64,000 nt of DNA from Podarcis filfolensis (lineage: Eukaryota): assembly GCA_964270895.1 (NCBI GenBank), contig OZ185440.1. One strand, 5' to 3'. Below are positions 47,561 through 59,412 of this stretch, in pieces. The notes under the pieces were generated by a model, which was not told the origin of the DNA, ran no database searches, and worked only from the letters and a program-made list of their open reading frames with translations. The first letter of the stretch is position 1, and every line of letters begins with the position of its first letter. Made by a program: the position numbers and the translations under genes.

Positions 47561-49072
47561 CCTAGGACTGCAGCCAAGAACATTTATACTTTCAAGGCTG
47601 CCATCGTATTTGTGTTTGTTGGGAAGTAAGAGCCACTATACGAAGAGGTTATTATTTCTAAGCAAACTTCCAGACAATTTCTCTAATTGCCCACAGCCAT
47701 ATCCTGTTCCCTGTTCCAACCATATAGCCAAATTTCATATTCTTATTAAGTTGCAAATGAGCCCCCTTTATGTTGTAAATGGAGTGAAATAAGTCCAGGT
47801 TTAATAAGAAATAATGTACTGCATATATTAAAATTTTCTCAACATGTCCTTTAAAAAAAGGGTATGGGGGGGGGGAATTCACAATAGCTTCAAAATTTCC
47901 AGAAATTTATATCTCTAACTGAAATTAATGGAAGTTTGTGAAAAAGCACTGCTCTGTTGATAGTGGGAAATATCACCTTGCACTCTTAATCTTCAGCCCT
48001 TATAGCAATTAAAACAATTAATGACACATCTCATAATTGCCTGCAATTATGAAACTTTAAACGGATAGAAACGGATACAATGCTTACAATTCTCCTTAGT
48101 ACTATTATGCATTACAAGGGCAATATATTTTCTCCATGCTAGCTTGAGTAACCCCCCACCCCACCCAATTTTCTTAACTCTGATCAGGTCAACCTTAAAA
48201 TAGCCTCATTATTTTGGCTCTGTCATCTTGCAGTATTTGGGTTATCTTAGTTGAGAGGCGGTGTTCGGCAATCACCGATTTTAAATTTGCCTAAATTTAA
48301 ATGAATTCACGTGTGCAAATTCAGACACAACAGCAGGCTTGGTGAGGAGGCAGCTCCACCATGGACGAAGTGGCAGTCCTATGTAGATGTTGATTAGTAT
48401 GCCTAGCTTCACTCAGGAGGGTAAAGAGATACCCTCCAGCTGTACTGGAATAAATTGCACACCAAACTTTGGTACTGGGTAATGAGCAGAAAACCCATCT
48501 ATTCCCTCATGTCTTCCCTTTCACAACTTCTTGGAATGACTCCCCCATAGCAAATGCTAATTACCTGGTCCAATGAAAACTTCCTGGGATTGGCCTGAGG
48601 GGATCTATCGCTTTCACAAACCTTGGCAATTTATGTAAAGTTTTTTCATGGCAATAAGGTTTCCTTGAACTAAACTATGTATGTAACCTTTCTGTGGCTC
48701 TTCTCTGGCTGCAGTTAAAAGAAGAACGCCCCTCCACCCTTTTAATTCAAATAACCTTCAAGAGTCAATGTTCCCACCTCTTCCATACAGAGTTCACCTG
48801 CCTCCCCTAGGCTTGGTGTAAGAAGGCCTATCATTTATACAGGCAGGGGCCCAGCCTTCCCTCTGCTTTGACTGTCTTGCCCTTCTCCCTGCAACGTGAG
48901 GAGAATCTTTAGGGCATGGCATTAATCTTCTCCCACCTCCCGCCGAGTGACAGGCGTGAGTGCAGCTCTGTTCATAATATTCTGCATAAGGGTCTCTGAA
49001 CTACATCAAGCCAGTGTAAAAATGTCACATAAGCCATGAGAAATCATTTCAGGTGCTCTATTGTTCACTTAT

Positions 49073-49092
49073 TCTCTCTCTCTCTCTCTCTC
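49073..49092. repeat. (TC)10 microsatellite
   Basis: Uninterrupted TC run. Confidence 0.9.
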
Positions 49093-51221
49093 TTTCAAGA
49101 ATTATTTCCACAGGTGAAGCCAAGGAATGAGAACAACCTATGTTTCCTAAATAAAGCATTAGGCAGGATTTGGGAACAGCAAGGTCCCAAGTTTACAGCA
49201 CAGCCTCTTTGAGCTACTCAAGCAATGGAAAAGAGCTATCGTGCAGTGTGAACAAGCCATGCTCAAAGGTTGAAGTGATGTAAAGAGGCTTTATATGGAA
49301 AGGAGGGTTAAGGGTAAGGTATACAGAAGAGGAACTGTGTGCATAGAAAGTAGTTGTTCAAATGACAGATCAGTGATCCATCACAAAAACTCTATAAAGG
49401 TGGTGGTGGTAAGGCATTAAACCACAGCAGAACTAGCATTAATACATGGTTTCCCACAGTCGCCAGAGAAATCCTCAAGTGTCCTAAGAATGAGGCAGAA
49501 AAGTTTAAGCCTCTTTCACAGTGGACAAAAACCTCCACAAAACCAGAGGCAGATTTTGGTACAGCACTAGTATACTCAGAAGGAAGTCCACTTAATATCA
49601 GTGGGATTTGCTTCCCAGTATGGAGGTTGGGGACCACAGCAGGATGAATCTGCCTCCACTATGTGGGCTGGTGGCAATCCCTGGACATTTACAAGTGTTC
49701 TGCTGTTGTTTTCTCTTTAACCCCTGAAACTGTTGTATAATCACTGAGCGCGACTCCAGGTGCAACATGCCCAATTGTGTATCCTCAGGGCTCATTAATT
49801 TCTGCAGAAGCAAGCAAAAAATAAAAATAAAAATAAATCACTAGCAGAAATAGCAGCAAGGACCCAGGATTCAGCGCTGTATTTTCTTTAGAAAGCACAC
49901 ACATAAAAACATGCTAATTGAATTTGGATGTTTTTGAGAAACGCAAGGGCAGCTCATGCTGGGAAGTGAGCTAAAAATGGCTCCTCACAAATTCTCTCAG
50001 TGCAGATGTGCCAGTGGGCCTCAGTTTTGCCTGCAACAGTCGCTGCAATTTCTAGCTTCTCTGACACAGCATATCACCCTGTGTCAGCGATCTTCATCCT
50101 GAGTTGCAGAATCACCTGCTGCTATTCCACATATGCAGAAGCACAAACGGCTTTGCTTCTCTGTCAGAGACAATTTATAGTGCATTATTTTAAGTATGGA
50201 TGCTGTGAAACAACTTTCAAAATAGCACAGGTGTAAAATGGTACTCCATTTTTTCATGTAGACCTCCAAACCCGTGCAGGATTCCTAGGAATATGTATAG
50301 TGACCACATGTGCAGAAAATACTGTTCCGTAGCACTCTTCAGGCATTGCCCCTCACACAATTACCATAATGTGACGAGAGTCATGCTGTACTCCTTGTCC
50401 CTGTAGAATGCAATGAGATGCACTCATGTGGGAGAAAATAAAAGGGTGCAGTGGAAGTTTAGCCTGTGACCCCAGCCTCTCAGAATCAACCCTGTCCTAT
50501 TTGCCTCACTGCACCTTGCTGCAACTACATTGTCTTATCCTAGGCGCCAATCATTGTAATTCCAGCGCTTGACAAAATTTTGGGAACGGTGCTTGGTTGA
50601 CAGATAGAGCACATGGCTTATCCTGACACATTTCAAGCTAAAATTGTTTCTCTTCATATGATTGATTTAGTATTATCTCTTAACAGTTGGAGAGGCTTGC
50701 TCACAGCTCACGTCAAGCAAAGACAATGGCACCAAGTGAGAAAGATCTGCAAGGAAACACAGATTTGTTTGAAAATACACCAAGAGCTCAGGAACTTGGG
50801 CCAACTGAATCTCCCAGGTATTTTCAGACACTCCTCTCTCCTCCACATATTGCAATGCTCAGTGAGGAAAAGAGCATTTCTGTCTCATAGCATGCAAAGT
50901 GGCCCATAAGAACAGATCACAATAGTACAAAGCAGTTGTGTTAAGCTTGTGAGTTAAAAGCAACAAGAGCAATTTCTCTTATTCAGGACAATTAGCCTAT
51001 AAATAGGATATCTGTTAAACAGATGTGACAAATTATTGACAGACAGATATTACGTTCAATAGACCAAAGCTGAAAACATTACAGATTCAGTTTCAAATGC
51101 TGTACAAAAGGAAAATAATAGAGATAAAAAGATATATGGTGACATCAGCAACCTATGATAACTGCTTAAGGGCAGTTTCCTAGAGAATAAAGGTCAAACC
51201 ATCAATTTCACCAACTGATTC

Positions 51222-51722
51222 CTTTTTTTGAATTTTCTATTTTACATATACAAGCGAAATGAAAACATAAGCATAAAATCCCCTTTGACTTCACTCCCCC
51301 CCATTGTAGATCTTAATATAATTATTTTCCCCTCTGCATCTCTTTCATAACTTTATTCTCATAAATCCTTTATCATTCCATAGTTCAAATTTTTGCTACA
51401 AGTTTTCTGTCAATTCTACCAATGTATGTAATTGTTTACAATAGTTTTTCAAATAGATTGTAAACTTTCCCCATTCGTTATTAAAGTCCACCTCTTCCTG
51501 GTTTCTAACTCTTCCTGTAAGTTTTGCCATTTCAGCATAGCTCATCAATTTTATCTGCCACTCTTTCTTGGTCAGAGTTGTAGCATCCTTCCATTTCTGG
51601 GCTAACAGAATCTGTGCGGCCGTGGTCCCATACATAAATAGTTTAATCTGGTCCTTCAGGATCTCTGGACCTTTAATACCTAAGAGAAAAGCTTCTTGTT
51701 TCTTAGGAAAAGTTACTCCTAA
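51222..51722 (-). mobile_element. L1-clade LINE, 5'-truncated: ORF2 C-terminus plus 3' UTR
   Basis: Open frame 51722-51396: LGVTFPKKQEAFLLGIKGPEILKDQIKLFMYGTTAAQILLAQKWK...EWQIKLMSYAEMAKLTGRVRNQEEVDFNNEWGKFTIYLKNYCKQL; matches reptilian L1 ORF2 ends as recalled; followed by an A-rich 3' UTR. Confidence 0.88.
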
Positions 51723-53356
51723 GAAAATAACTGATTCCTAGTGTTCTCTACTAGTTTTGCGGATACACACATGCATACCACCAAAGAAAGTCAAGGAATG
51801 TAATCTGCTAATAAATAACTTAATATGGCGAATAGGCCAAAAACAGAAGGAGGGTCTTTGATTGCAAATGGCAGAATAGAAATCATAGGAAAAAAAGACA
51901 TGGACCACACTTTTCTCCCATACATCACTGCATCAACAGAACTTCAAAGCCAGTGAAGTACAGGATATCTCTCTGTCAAAACTTGTGAAGGCAGAAGAAC
52001 TTTATTCAGCTTTCTTTGCTTCTCTTTTTGAAGACTCAAGTGAAGTTTCAAAGTCTCTTCAAAATTTCATATTTGATTCCAGCTGCTTTTGCAGATTGAA
52101 TTTGGTGGTCTTTTTTTTAACTTTCCTCTATTTTAGTCCCCAATGAAATAACCTATGTTTTTTTCCTGCTAGTCATTAAAAAGCACTCTGCACAAAAAAT
52201 GTTTCACTTCCTTAAGATCTCTGTGAGAAGAGTCTCTTAACTGGGAACAGTGGTATAGAAACAATCACGAACAGGTTAACAACAAAGGAGACATGTAAAA
52301 CACTTCACCATTGAGTAAAACACAGTTCTTAATGGAATTGCACTTTAGGTATTTTTCATTATTTAGTAACTCCCCCCAATTCACAATTAAGAGAATTAGC
52401 AGCTCTGATGAATATTTAGGCCCTCTCACCCCATAACAGATGAGTTGAAGACATCTCTGCTCCATCTCTATTGGGAAACTTTGTGTGTGGTTCAGTTTCT
52501 TTGAATTCTTCCTGCCAAGCTAGAGATAAGGCATCCTTGCAAAAATGATCAGCCAGTTTAAATTTACAATGGGACATTATAGTTGAGGAAGCACAACTCT
52601 TGCACCTCACAGCTGGGCCCACCTCCATTTGCTGCTTTGACAAAAAATAGAATAGAAGAAGTCATGTTGAAGAAGGAGGAAAAAAATCTAAGATGCAGTA
52701 TCATAATACATTTATTAGGAGCAACTGAAGGTCATGAAGTGCTGAGCTAGCTTTTGTGATTCATTGAACTCTTCCTACAGCTGGATGTTAAACAAACAAG
52801 AAGGGGGGAGAAGCAAGAAAGATGTTGGTAAAGGGCTTAGAGCACAACCATCTGTAATATGAGTTGTAAGAAGATGATGATTCACGAAGCTGCCTGGGGT
52901 ACACTGTACTCTGTGTTTATAGCTCCAAGGCAGGGGTGGATAACTCTTTTCACTTAATAATCACACAGCAGGATTGTCATCTCTGATGGCCATGTGTCCG
53001 ACTTTTCAGAGGACAGTCTTCTGTTTGTAGGCCTGTCAGCGGACAATTGTCTCATTTGAAGGGTTGTTCAGTCCATGTCTTGTTTACAGATAAAGAACCA
53101 TAAGGTGAGAGGGCATGTTGCACATCAAGAGTTAGCACCTGGGCAGTGCAGATCACCTGGCCACAGTCTTCCCCACAATGCAGAGAAGCAATGTGTTTCT
53201 ATTTAAATTATAATAATAATTTCCAAATTTGCATCTGTACACATTAACCCATGCAAATCTAATGCAGTTCTGTGTTCCTGTCACAGACTGCTGCCCCTGC
53301 TAAAGAAGTTGATAGCTAACTCTTTAATGACAAGAGAAGCAGCTCACACGGTGCTC

Positions 53357-53382
53357 CACACACACACACACACACACACACA
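53357..53382. repeat. (CA)13 microsatellite
   Basis: Uninterrupted CA run. Confidence 0.95.
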
Positions 53383-53409
53383 CTTTCTAACCTCTAGGCA
53401 GCTGTCCAC

Positions 53410-53800
53410 AGGTTGCAGCAACAGTGGGGCCCCTCCCCTCCTCCAGCTTATATACCGTCTTCTGAGGGGTTGCATAACTGCAACCTGAGACTTCGCCTGC
53501 ATGGAAGTTGTTGCTGCTCTTCCCTTTTCAAGCCCCTCCTGGTCCTAGGAGACAGCGGGGTGGGAGAAAGTAAAGAGTCGACTGGCCCTTCCCTTGTCTG
53601 AATAGTTTCTTCTTCCTCCGTGACACCCTGCACACCTTCTTCCGTCTCAAACTGCCCTGACTCTTCCTCCTCTCCCTGACTTGGCTCCTGCCATGCAGGC
53701 AGCACCGAGTCCCATAAATCATTAGCTCCCACTCCTGGGTCACACTCCTGGCTCCCTGCCTCCATTCCACACTTTTTGGAGCCCTGCCAGTCCATGCCTG
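53410..53800 (-). mobile_element. LTR-like repeat (U3-like part plus TATA, 3'-truncated) containing a 115-codon acidic ORF
   Basis: Minus strand starts catggactgg, is GA-rich, then ctcctaggaccaggaggggcttgaaaagg...gcgaagtctcaggttgc, then TATATAAG at 53447-53454; same style as 30929-31167. Confidence 0.55.
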
Positions 53801-55450
53801 TTCTTCTCTGCCTTTTGATGATGCATAAATGCCAACCTACTGCTAGCTATGGACTATTGGTTACTTGAATATGGCCCAAGAGGTCTACTTTGAGTAGAAC
53901 TACATTGAATACAACCCTATGAGTCTTTTTTTTGTTGTTCAATATGCGCTAATGTAGAAAATAAAAAAACTGGAAAATCAAGTCCCTTGTACTGCCTTCT
54001 GAAAATCCATTTCCAAAGAGTTAAATTCTACAAATAAAAATGTAGTACAAACCAGACTCCTTGAGATGATACCCTCATCTACTGCCATACACACAGCACT
54101 AGACGAATTATTCACCATTACAGAGCCATGAATGATAGCCACTAAAATGCTTAACTGAATCAGTGAACCCAAGAGCAGGGCTTCATGGCTGGGACCTCTT
54201 GCATTTTCTCATCCGCGACAGGAGTGGAATGCAGTTGATCTGTTACAGTCGAGGTTCTGGATTATTTACATGGTGTTGGCTCCCTTAAGCAACAGACTCT
54301 AGTGGACTGCAAAGGCAATAAATTTCCATCATAATTATTTTGGTGTTGCTGGGTACAATCTGGTTCCTTTTTTCAGAAGCACAGTTTATCACACTCATAA
54401 ACAGGTTCAGAGCAAGGACCATGAAGACAGTAAATATCAGGGAATCGAACAGCTGACACAACCTGGGAAGCAGTGACTCAGCTACCAGCTCACTGTTTAA
54501 AATTTGGTTTAGAGGGAGGGAGTTTGTCACTCTCCTCTTTCCTCTCAAGTGAAATGAGTTTTGAACATCAAGAAAGTTCAGAGCAAACCATCCATTTCAT
54601 AAAATTGCATGCTCACATTAAATACCATCCAAGTGGAATTGTGCTGTCTTAAGTGCATGCTCCACCAGCTGAAGTGTTGTGTGGATCACCACCCACATCT
54701 ATTCTCAATGGCTGTAGGGTAAATGTGATAAATGAGAAGTACTGACAAAACAGCCTGGGGCAACCGAGATATGTACATTGTGAATTCACTGCAGAGGGAT
54801 CATTGTGAAGTAGAGAAAATTAAAAGTGACACTTCATGGAGGACAACACAGATAAATTGTGCCTGATCATAAGAAAGAGAAAAACCTGTGAAGACAACAG
54901 TGGTATCACACTAAGAAGAAACCTCCTATCTAGATTGCATCTATTGATACAATCTAGTTCCAGTAGAATTCATGCACATGTTGCCAAGGTCTTCAATCAA
55001 ATGGTGACTATTTCCTGTTTGGGTAAAGTCTTAGACTGAACCTATCAGACAGAATTGAAAAATTACTGAACAACCTAGTGAGTAGTGAATGGATAAGATC
55101 TGAGCCCCATCACAGAACCTGTTTGCAACTACTCGGAGACAATTTCTCTCCCTCATCAGCCCATCTCAAGATAGCACAGATGTAGCACTAAATGAGCAAA
55201 CCAAACCTTCCTTACACTGGGCTGAAGGTGGGTTTGGAATGAGCAGGGGTGTCCTTCCACCCAGCTCTCCTTGTGCCAACCTTCCCCATCTACCTGCCTA
55301 CCATGCTACTGGGTGGAAGGAACATTGGCTGGATCGCTGTTGGATGCAGCCATGATGAACACCAGGGCTGTGGATGCAGTGGTGGCCCCACTGCCCCACA
55401 AAGGCACATCAGTGGGGAATTAGTGTATGGATTGCTCTAATACTAGGTAT

Positions 55451-55830
55451 AGGTAAGTTAAAGGTAAAGGACCCCTGGATGGTTAAGTCCAGTCAAATTC
55501 GACTATGGGTGCAGTGTTCATCCCAGGCCAAAGGAGCCGGTATATGTCCGCAGACAGCTTTTTCTGGATCATGTGGCCAGCATGAATAAACTGCTTCTGG
55601 TGCACAGAACACCTTGACAAATGCCAAAGCACACAGAAACATTGTTTACCTTTTCCCCACAGCAGTACCTATTTATCTACTCATGCAGGTATGCTTTCAA
55701 GCTGCTAGGTTGGCAGGAGCTGGGACAAAGCAACGGGAGTTCACCCTGTCGTTCAGTTTTGAACTGCTGATCTTACAATCGGCAAGCCCAAGAGGCTCAG
55801 TGGGTTAGACCACAGTGCCACCCATGTCCC
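55451..55830 (+). mobile_element. Sauria SINE, near full length
   Basis: aaggtaaaggacccctggatggttaagtccagtc ... ttagaccacagtgccacccatgtccc. Confidence 0.9.
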
Positions 55831-56683
55831 TTTAAAACCAGGTGTATAACTGCGTTGTGTGGGTAAAATTTAAAGCAAAAGATTGAATGTATTGGTTATA
55901 TCTAGACATTTAAAGGCCAAGGCAAATGAGTTCTTAAAGGTTTAGAGATGGATCACAGAATCATTCAAACTTATTGTAAAGCTGATCATTTGGTCATGGG
56001 ACTGTATCTGAATTTCCTACATTTCTAAATAAAAAGTACCAAAGTCTCAAAACACTTTCAATCTAAACATGCTTTGTATGTTACACTAACAACATTCAGA
56101 AGTGCTATCCAGAATCCTTGCCACTGCTATATTTTCTAACACTAAAGAAGGGAAGGTCAGGATATGGCTGGACAGAAGACACATGTAACAAAACTGTATC
56201 CTGCACATACTTGAACACTATCCACCTGCCACGCATTTTATCTCCGATCACAATATTGTGATTTCATAGCCTCTTGCACACACAAACACAACCTTGAAAT
56301 CTAGAAGAATAAACAACAAAGGGCAATTCTATGTAAAAGTAGCCTACTGCCAAACACAAGGAGAGGAATGAATGGAAGTGGCTTCTGCTAGGGATGGGAT
56401 TTGATAGCAGAATGAAGTCCAAATCCCCGAACCATATTTCATTCATAGTGGCACTGTCCAATTTCCATTTCTTAGAGACAATAGTGTGCTGATGAGAAGG
56501 AAAACTCCTCCTCCCCTGGTGCACTGACAGTTGTCTCTGGCCAGACTCAGATAAAAATAAAGCTACCTTTGGCACTATCCATACCTGAAGCAAATGTTAA
56601 GAGCCCTTTGGAATATGCAAGGCTTTCCCATTGCAGAGGGGCTAAGCTTAAAGCCTACTGTGGTTTTAAAGAGCAAGGCTTAC

Positions 56684-56818
56684 CTGTCTTTCTGACATGA
56701 CATAGAGGTAATTATGATCTGTGGAGAAGGCCATGTCACGAAGGATATGACTCCCGTCCTTGAAAACTGGCACCATTTCATACTGAATGCCACCATGAGG
56801 AGGCCCATCTGCTCGGAT
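56684..56818 (-). CDS. PLXNA2: Internal coding exon of plexin-A2 (sema domain C-terminal part; probably the orthologue of human exon 4), 135 bp, 45 codons, phase 0/0
   Basis: Translates to [45 protein letters not shown]. This closely matches mammalian PLXNA2 as recalled ([45 protein letters not shown]) and is clearly more distant from PLXNA1/A4. Acceptor ttattccag|ATC (AG at 56819-56820); donor CAG|gtaagc (GT at 56682-56683). Confidence 0.95.
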
Positions 56819-57214
56819 CTGGAATAAAGACATACTGCAGGTTAAATCACTGTCATTAAATGTGAGGGAGAAATACAGGCAGATCCTAACCAAGTGGTTA
56901 TACGATGGAAAATAAATATGTGGCTGGTTTGATACCCAGCACATCCAAATGGAATCATATTATAAGAGTGCTGTGAAGAATTCACAAACAACATTTGGAA
57001 TGCATTTTAGGTATTCAATGGTTAAATTGCACACAGAACGGAAAGGAAAACAGAGAGTTCCTGCTCCAATCTCCACAAGTCCATTGACCTTGTGTGCACA
57101 GAGCATAAATGAATATTTGGATGCTTATAGGCTTTCTTCATGACTGGGGCCCCCACTATTCAGGTTCCAGTTGTGTCCATGCAGCTACAACTTGAATGCA
57201 TGCAAGCCCTTTGT

Positions 57215-57343
57215 CAGGGATGGGAAACCTTTGGTTCTGCAAGTATTGGAATTCAGCTAGTCCCAGCCAGTATGGCCAATGGTCAGGGATGATGGGAGAT
57301 ATAGTTTAGCAGCATCTGGAGGGCCACAGATTTCCCATCCCAG
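57215..57343. mobile_element. ~135-bp palindromic hAT-like MITE
   Basis: TIRs cagggatgggaaacct / agatttcccatcccag (14/16); internal ccagtatggccaatggtcagggatgatgggag...catctggagggccacag. Confidence 0.75.
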
Positions 57344-57589
57344 CTTTATGTGTACATAATAAATGAATATATGGAAGCTGAATGATTTTGCTCATTCCCA
57401 CCCCACTATGTGTTGATTCTTCATACAATTTCACCAAGTGAAAAAGCAAGTGTGTCACTTCTAAATGTCAGCAGAACACAGGCTTGACCTGAATGCATTG
57501 TTTGATCATGCATTCCTTTGAAACAGAATATAGACATTCAAACACAATTCTTCATTTAATTTGTGAGCAGCAGGCCACATAACAGAGGT

Positions 57590-58025
57590 ATGAATACAGG
57601 AACCAGACCCTGCAGCATACCCAGGTGCCAACTCTGTCCCTTTGTCTACACTGACAACACTATTACAGGTTTGAATAATGTCATACACAACATCAACTCA
57701 TCTTCCAATGTGAAATATGTATATTTATATCTCTATATAACTCTATATACCTGTCAACAATGCCCTCCTGTGTTCAACATAGGAGAAATAGACCAGTTGC
57801 TACACTAAATAACAAACAGAAACAAATCTAATATCACCAAAAGCAATATTAATAAAAATAGTGGGAGAACATCTCAACCTTTCAGAATGCTCTGGAACAA
57901 ATAGTTCCACACTGGAACAAAGGAATTTCAAAGCAAAACTACAATGTGAAACTGCTGAATTACAATTCATCAAGAGGTTCTCACTTGTGGACTGAATCAG
58001 CAAAATTTAATTTTATCACGCTATG
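57590..58025 (+). mobile_element. Penelope-like retroelement fragment: degenerate GIY-YIG endonuclease region
   Basis: GTRPCSIPRCQLCPFVYTDNTITGLNNVIHNI...SNV...CQQCPPVFNIGEIDQLL, then in shifted frames VGEHLNLS, LEQRNFKAKLQCETAELQFIKRF and GLNQQNLILSRY. These match the Cys-rich linker, GIY-YIG and C-terminus of reptilian Penelope/Neptune ORFs as recalled; stops and frameshifts present. Confidence 0.85.
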
Positions 58026-59087
58026 TGTGTTAATTGGCTTAACAATGCCAGAATGTTTGTATTATTTATACAACTTTGTGTGAGAGAGAATGGCAACTGT
58101 TACCATCAGTACTTTATTTGTATTTTATTCCCTCTGCAAATACCCCCTCTCATCTGATGCAGGACCTGATTCAGTTGTTCAGAATGGACACCAATCTGAT
58201 CCAGATCGATTCAGACCTGAATTCAAATTGTGTTTCTCCCATTCACTTGCACTGGGAAACCAAAACAGCCATAACCTTCTTGCATTTCCCCCCACATAAG
58301 TGAATGCAATTTGAAGTCACGATAGTCACTTATGAGGGGAATAACTCTTTGTTAGCCACAGTTGAAGTATTGCTTTTTTCAGTTACCGTTATTGGAGAGT
58401 GTTGGGCAAGATTCTGGCCTGGATTGGAAGCTATAGCTGTCAGGGAGGATAGAGGGGCCTGGAGGATTGTATTTGGGGCCCAGGCCTAGGGCTTTCTACC
58501 CTTAATGTACCTTCACTGTGAGAGGATGGAAAAGCAGACAATGTAGGTAGGGGCTCTAATCACCGATTCCCAGGTTATTTTCCATTATTCCTTTGTACAT
58601 TTGCTCCAAATTTGAAAACAACACTTTAGTGCACCTTTACCTATCCCCCCTTTTTTTCTGAAAAACCCCAACTATTAATTTCTCACTTATAAGCATTGGA
58701 AAGAGAACCCTAACTGCCACCCATGCATGTCTGTGCCTATCGCCTTCCAAGGTGACAGGCAACATCTTCCAAAGCAATAAAGTGTTTCAAAAGCCCCAAA
58801 TTCTAGTATCAAAACATAAAAGTAAATAAAACAATATTTTTATTACATAAGAGCAAAAACCTTCCATCAGTTATACATGGCGTACACTGAGTGGCATAGC
58901 AGCCCACAGTCTGAGTTAGCAATTACATATATAATTGCAGCTTGGGCTGGTAATAGTTAGAAACTTGAACAATGACTTTTCAAATTTAGTTAGCGGAAGC
59001 CTACATCCCATTGTTTTAATGATTCTCATTGAAGAGGTAAACCTGTGTCTGGGCTATCACCACCTTGGGCTATAGGTATCGGCAGCA

Positions 59088-59267
59088 TAGCAGCCAACTC
59101 CTAGGGACCTAAGTTCCTTTGTCGTCCCCCCCCCATAGAATATTTGAGGGGGCTGCCCCCCTCCCCAAGTTGATGGGCATGTGTGTGCACTGTGTCTTGT
59201 GAGCAATTATTTGGGCCAGGGCTTACAAGCCACCCTCACCCCCAATATTTTATTTTAGTTGGCAGAC
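59088..59267. mobile_element. DNA-transposon-type MITE (gccaact...agttggc termini), degraded
   Basis: gcagccaactcctagggacc ... cccccaatattttattttagttggcag; inverted terminal motif gccaact/agttggc. Confidence 0.55.
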
Positions 59268-59412
59268 CATAGAATAATAGAGTTGGAAAGGAAGTTGAGG
59301 ATCATCTAATCCAGCCCCCTGCAATGCAGGAATATGCAGCTGTCCCTTACGGGGATCAAACCTGCAACCGTGGCAGGATCAGCACTATGCTCTAACTAAC
59401 TGAGCTATCCAG
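59268..59412 (-). mobile_element. Short tRNA-head / CR1-tail SINE
   Basis: Minus strand ctggatagctcagttagttagagc (A box), gcaggtttgatcccc (B box), gggggctggattagatgatcctc...ttccaactctattattctatg tail. Confidence 0.85.

Larger units (their letters stand above)
1..56683 (-). other. PLXNA2: PLXNA2 intron downstream of the exon (>56.6 kb, 3' end outside window)
   Basis: Begins at a canonical GT donor. No sequence encoding the expected next exon (VTRVPVESC...GDPHCGWC) was seen by eye or in the ORF track. Confidence 0.7.

Noticed and set aside
53130-53170. Minus-strand GQVICT resembling PLXNA2 SQVICIS
   Set aside because: Six-residue coincidence with no surrounding similarity or exon boundaries.
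58410-58480. AVREDRGAWRIV resembling the RTE/BovB ORF end
   Set aside because: Too short, and the expected downstream BovB tail is missing.
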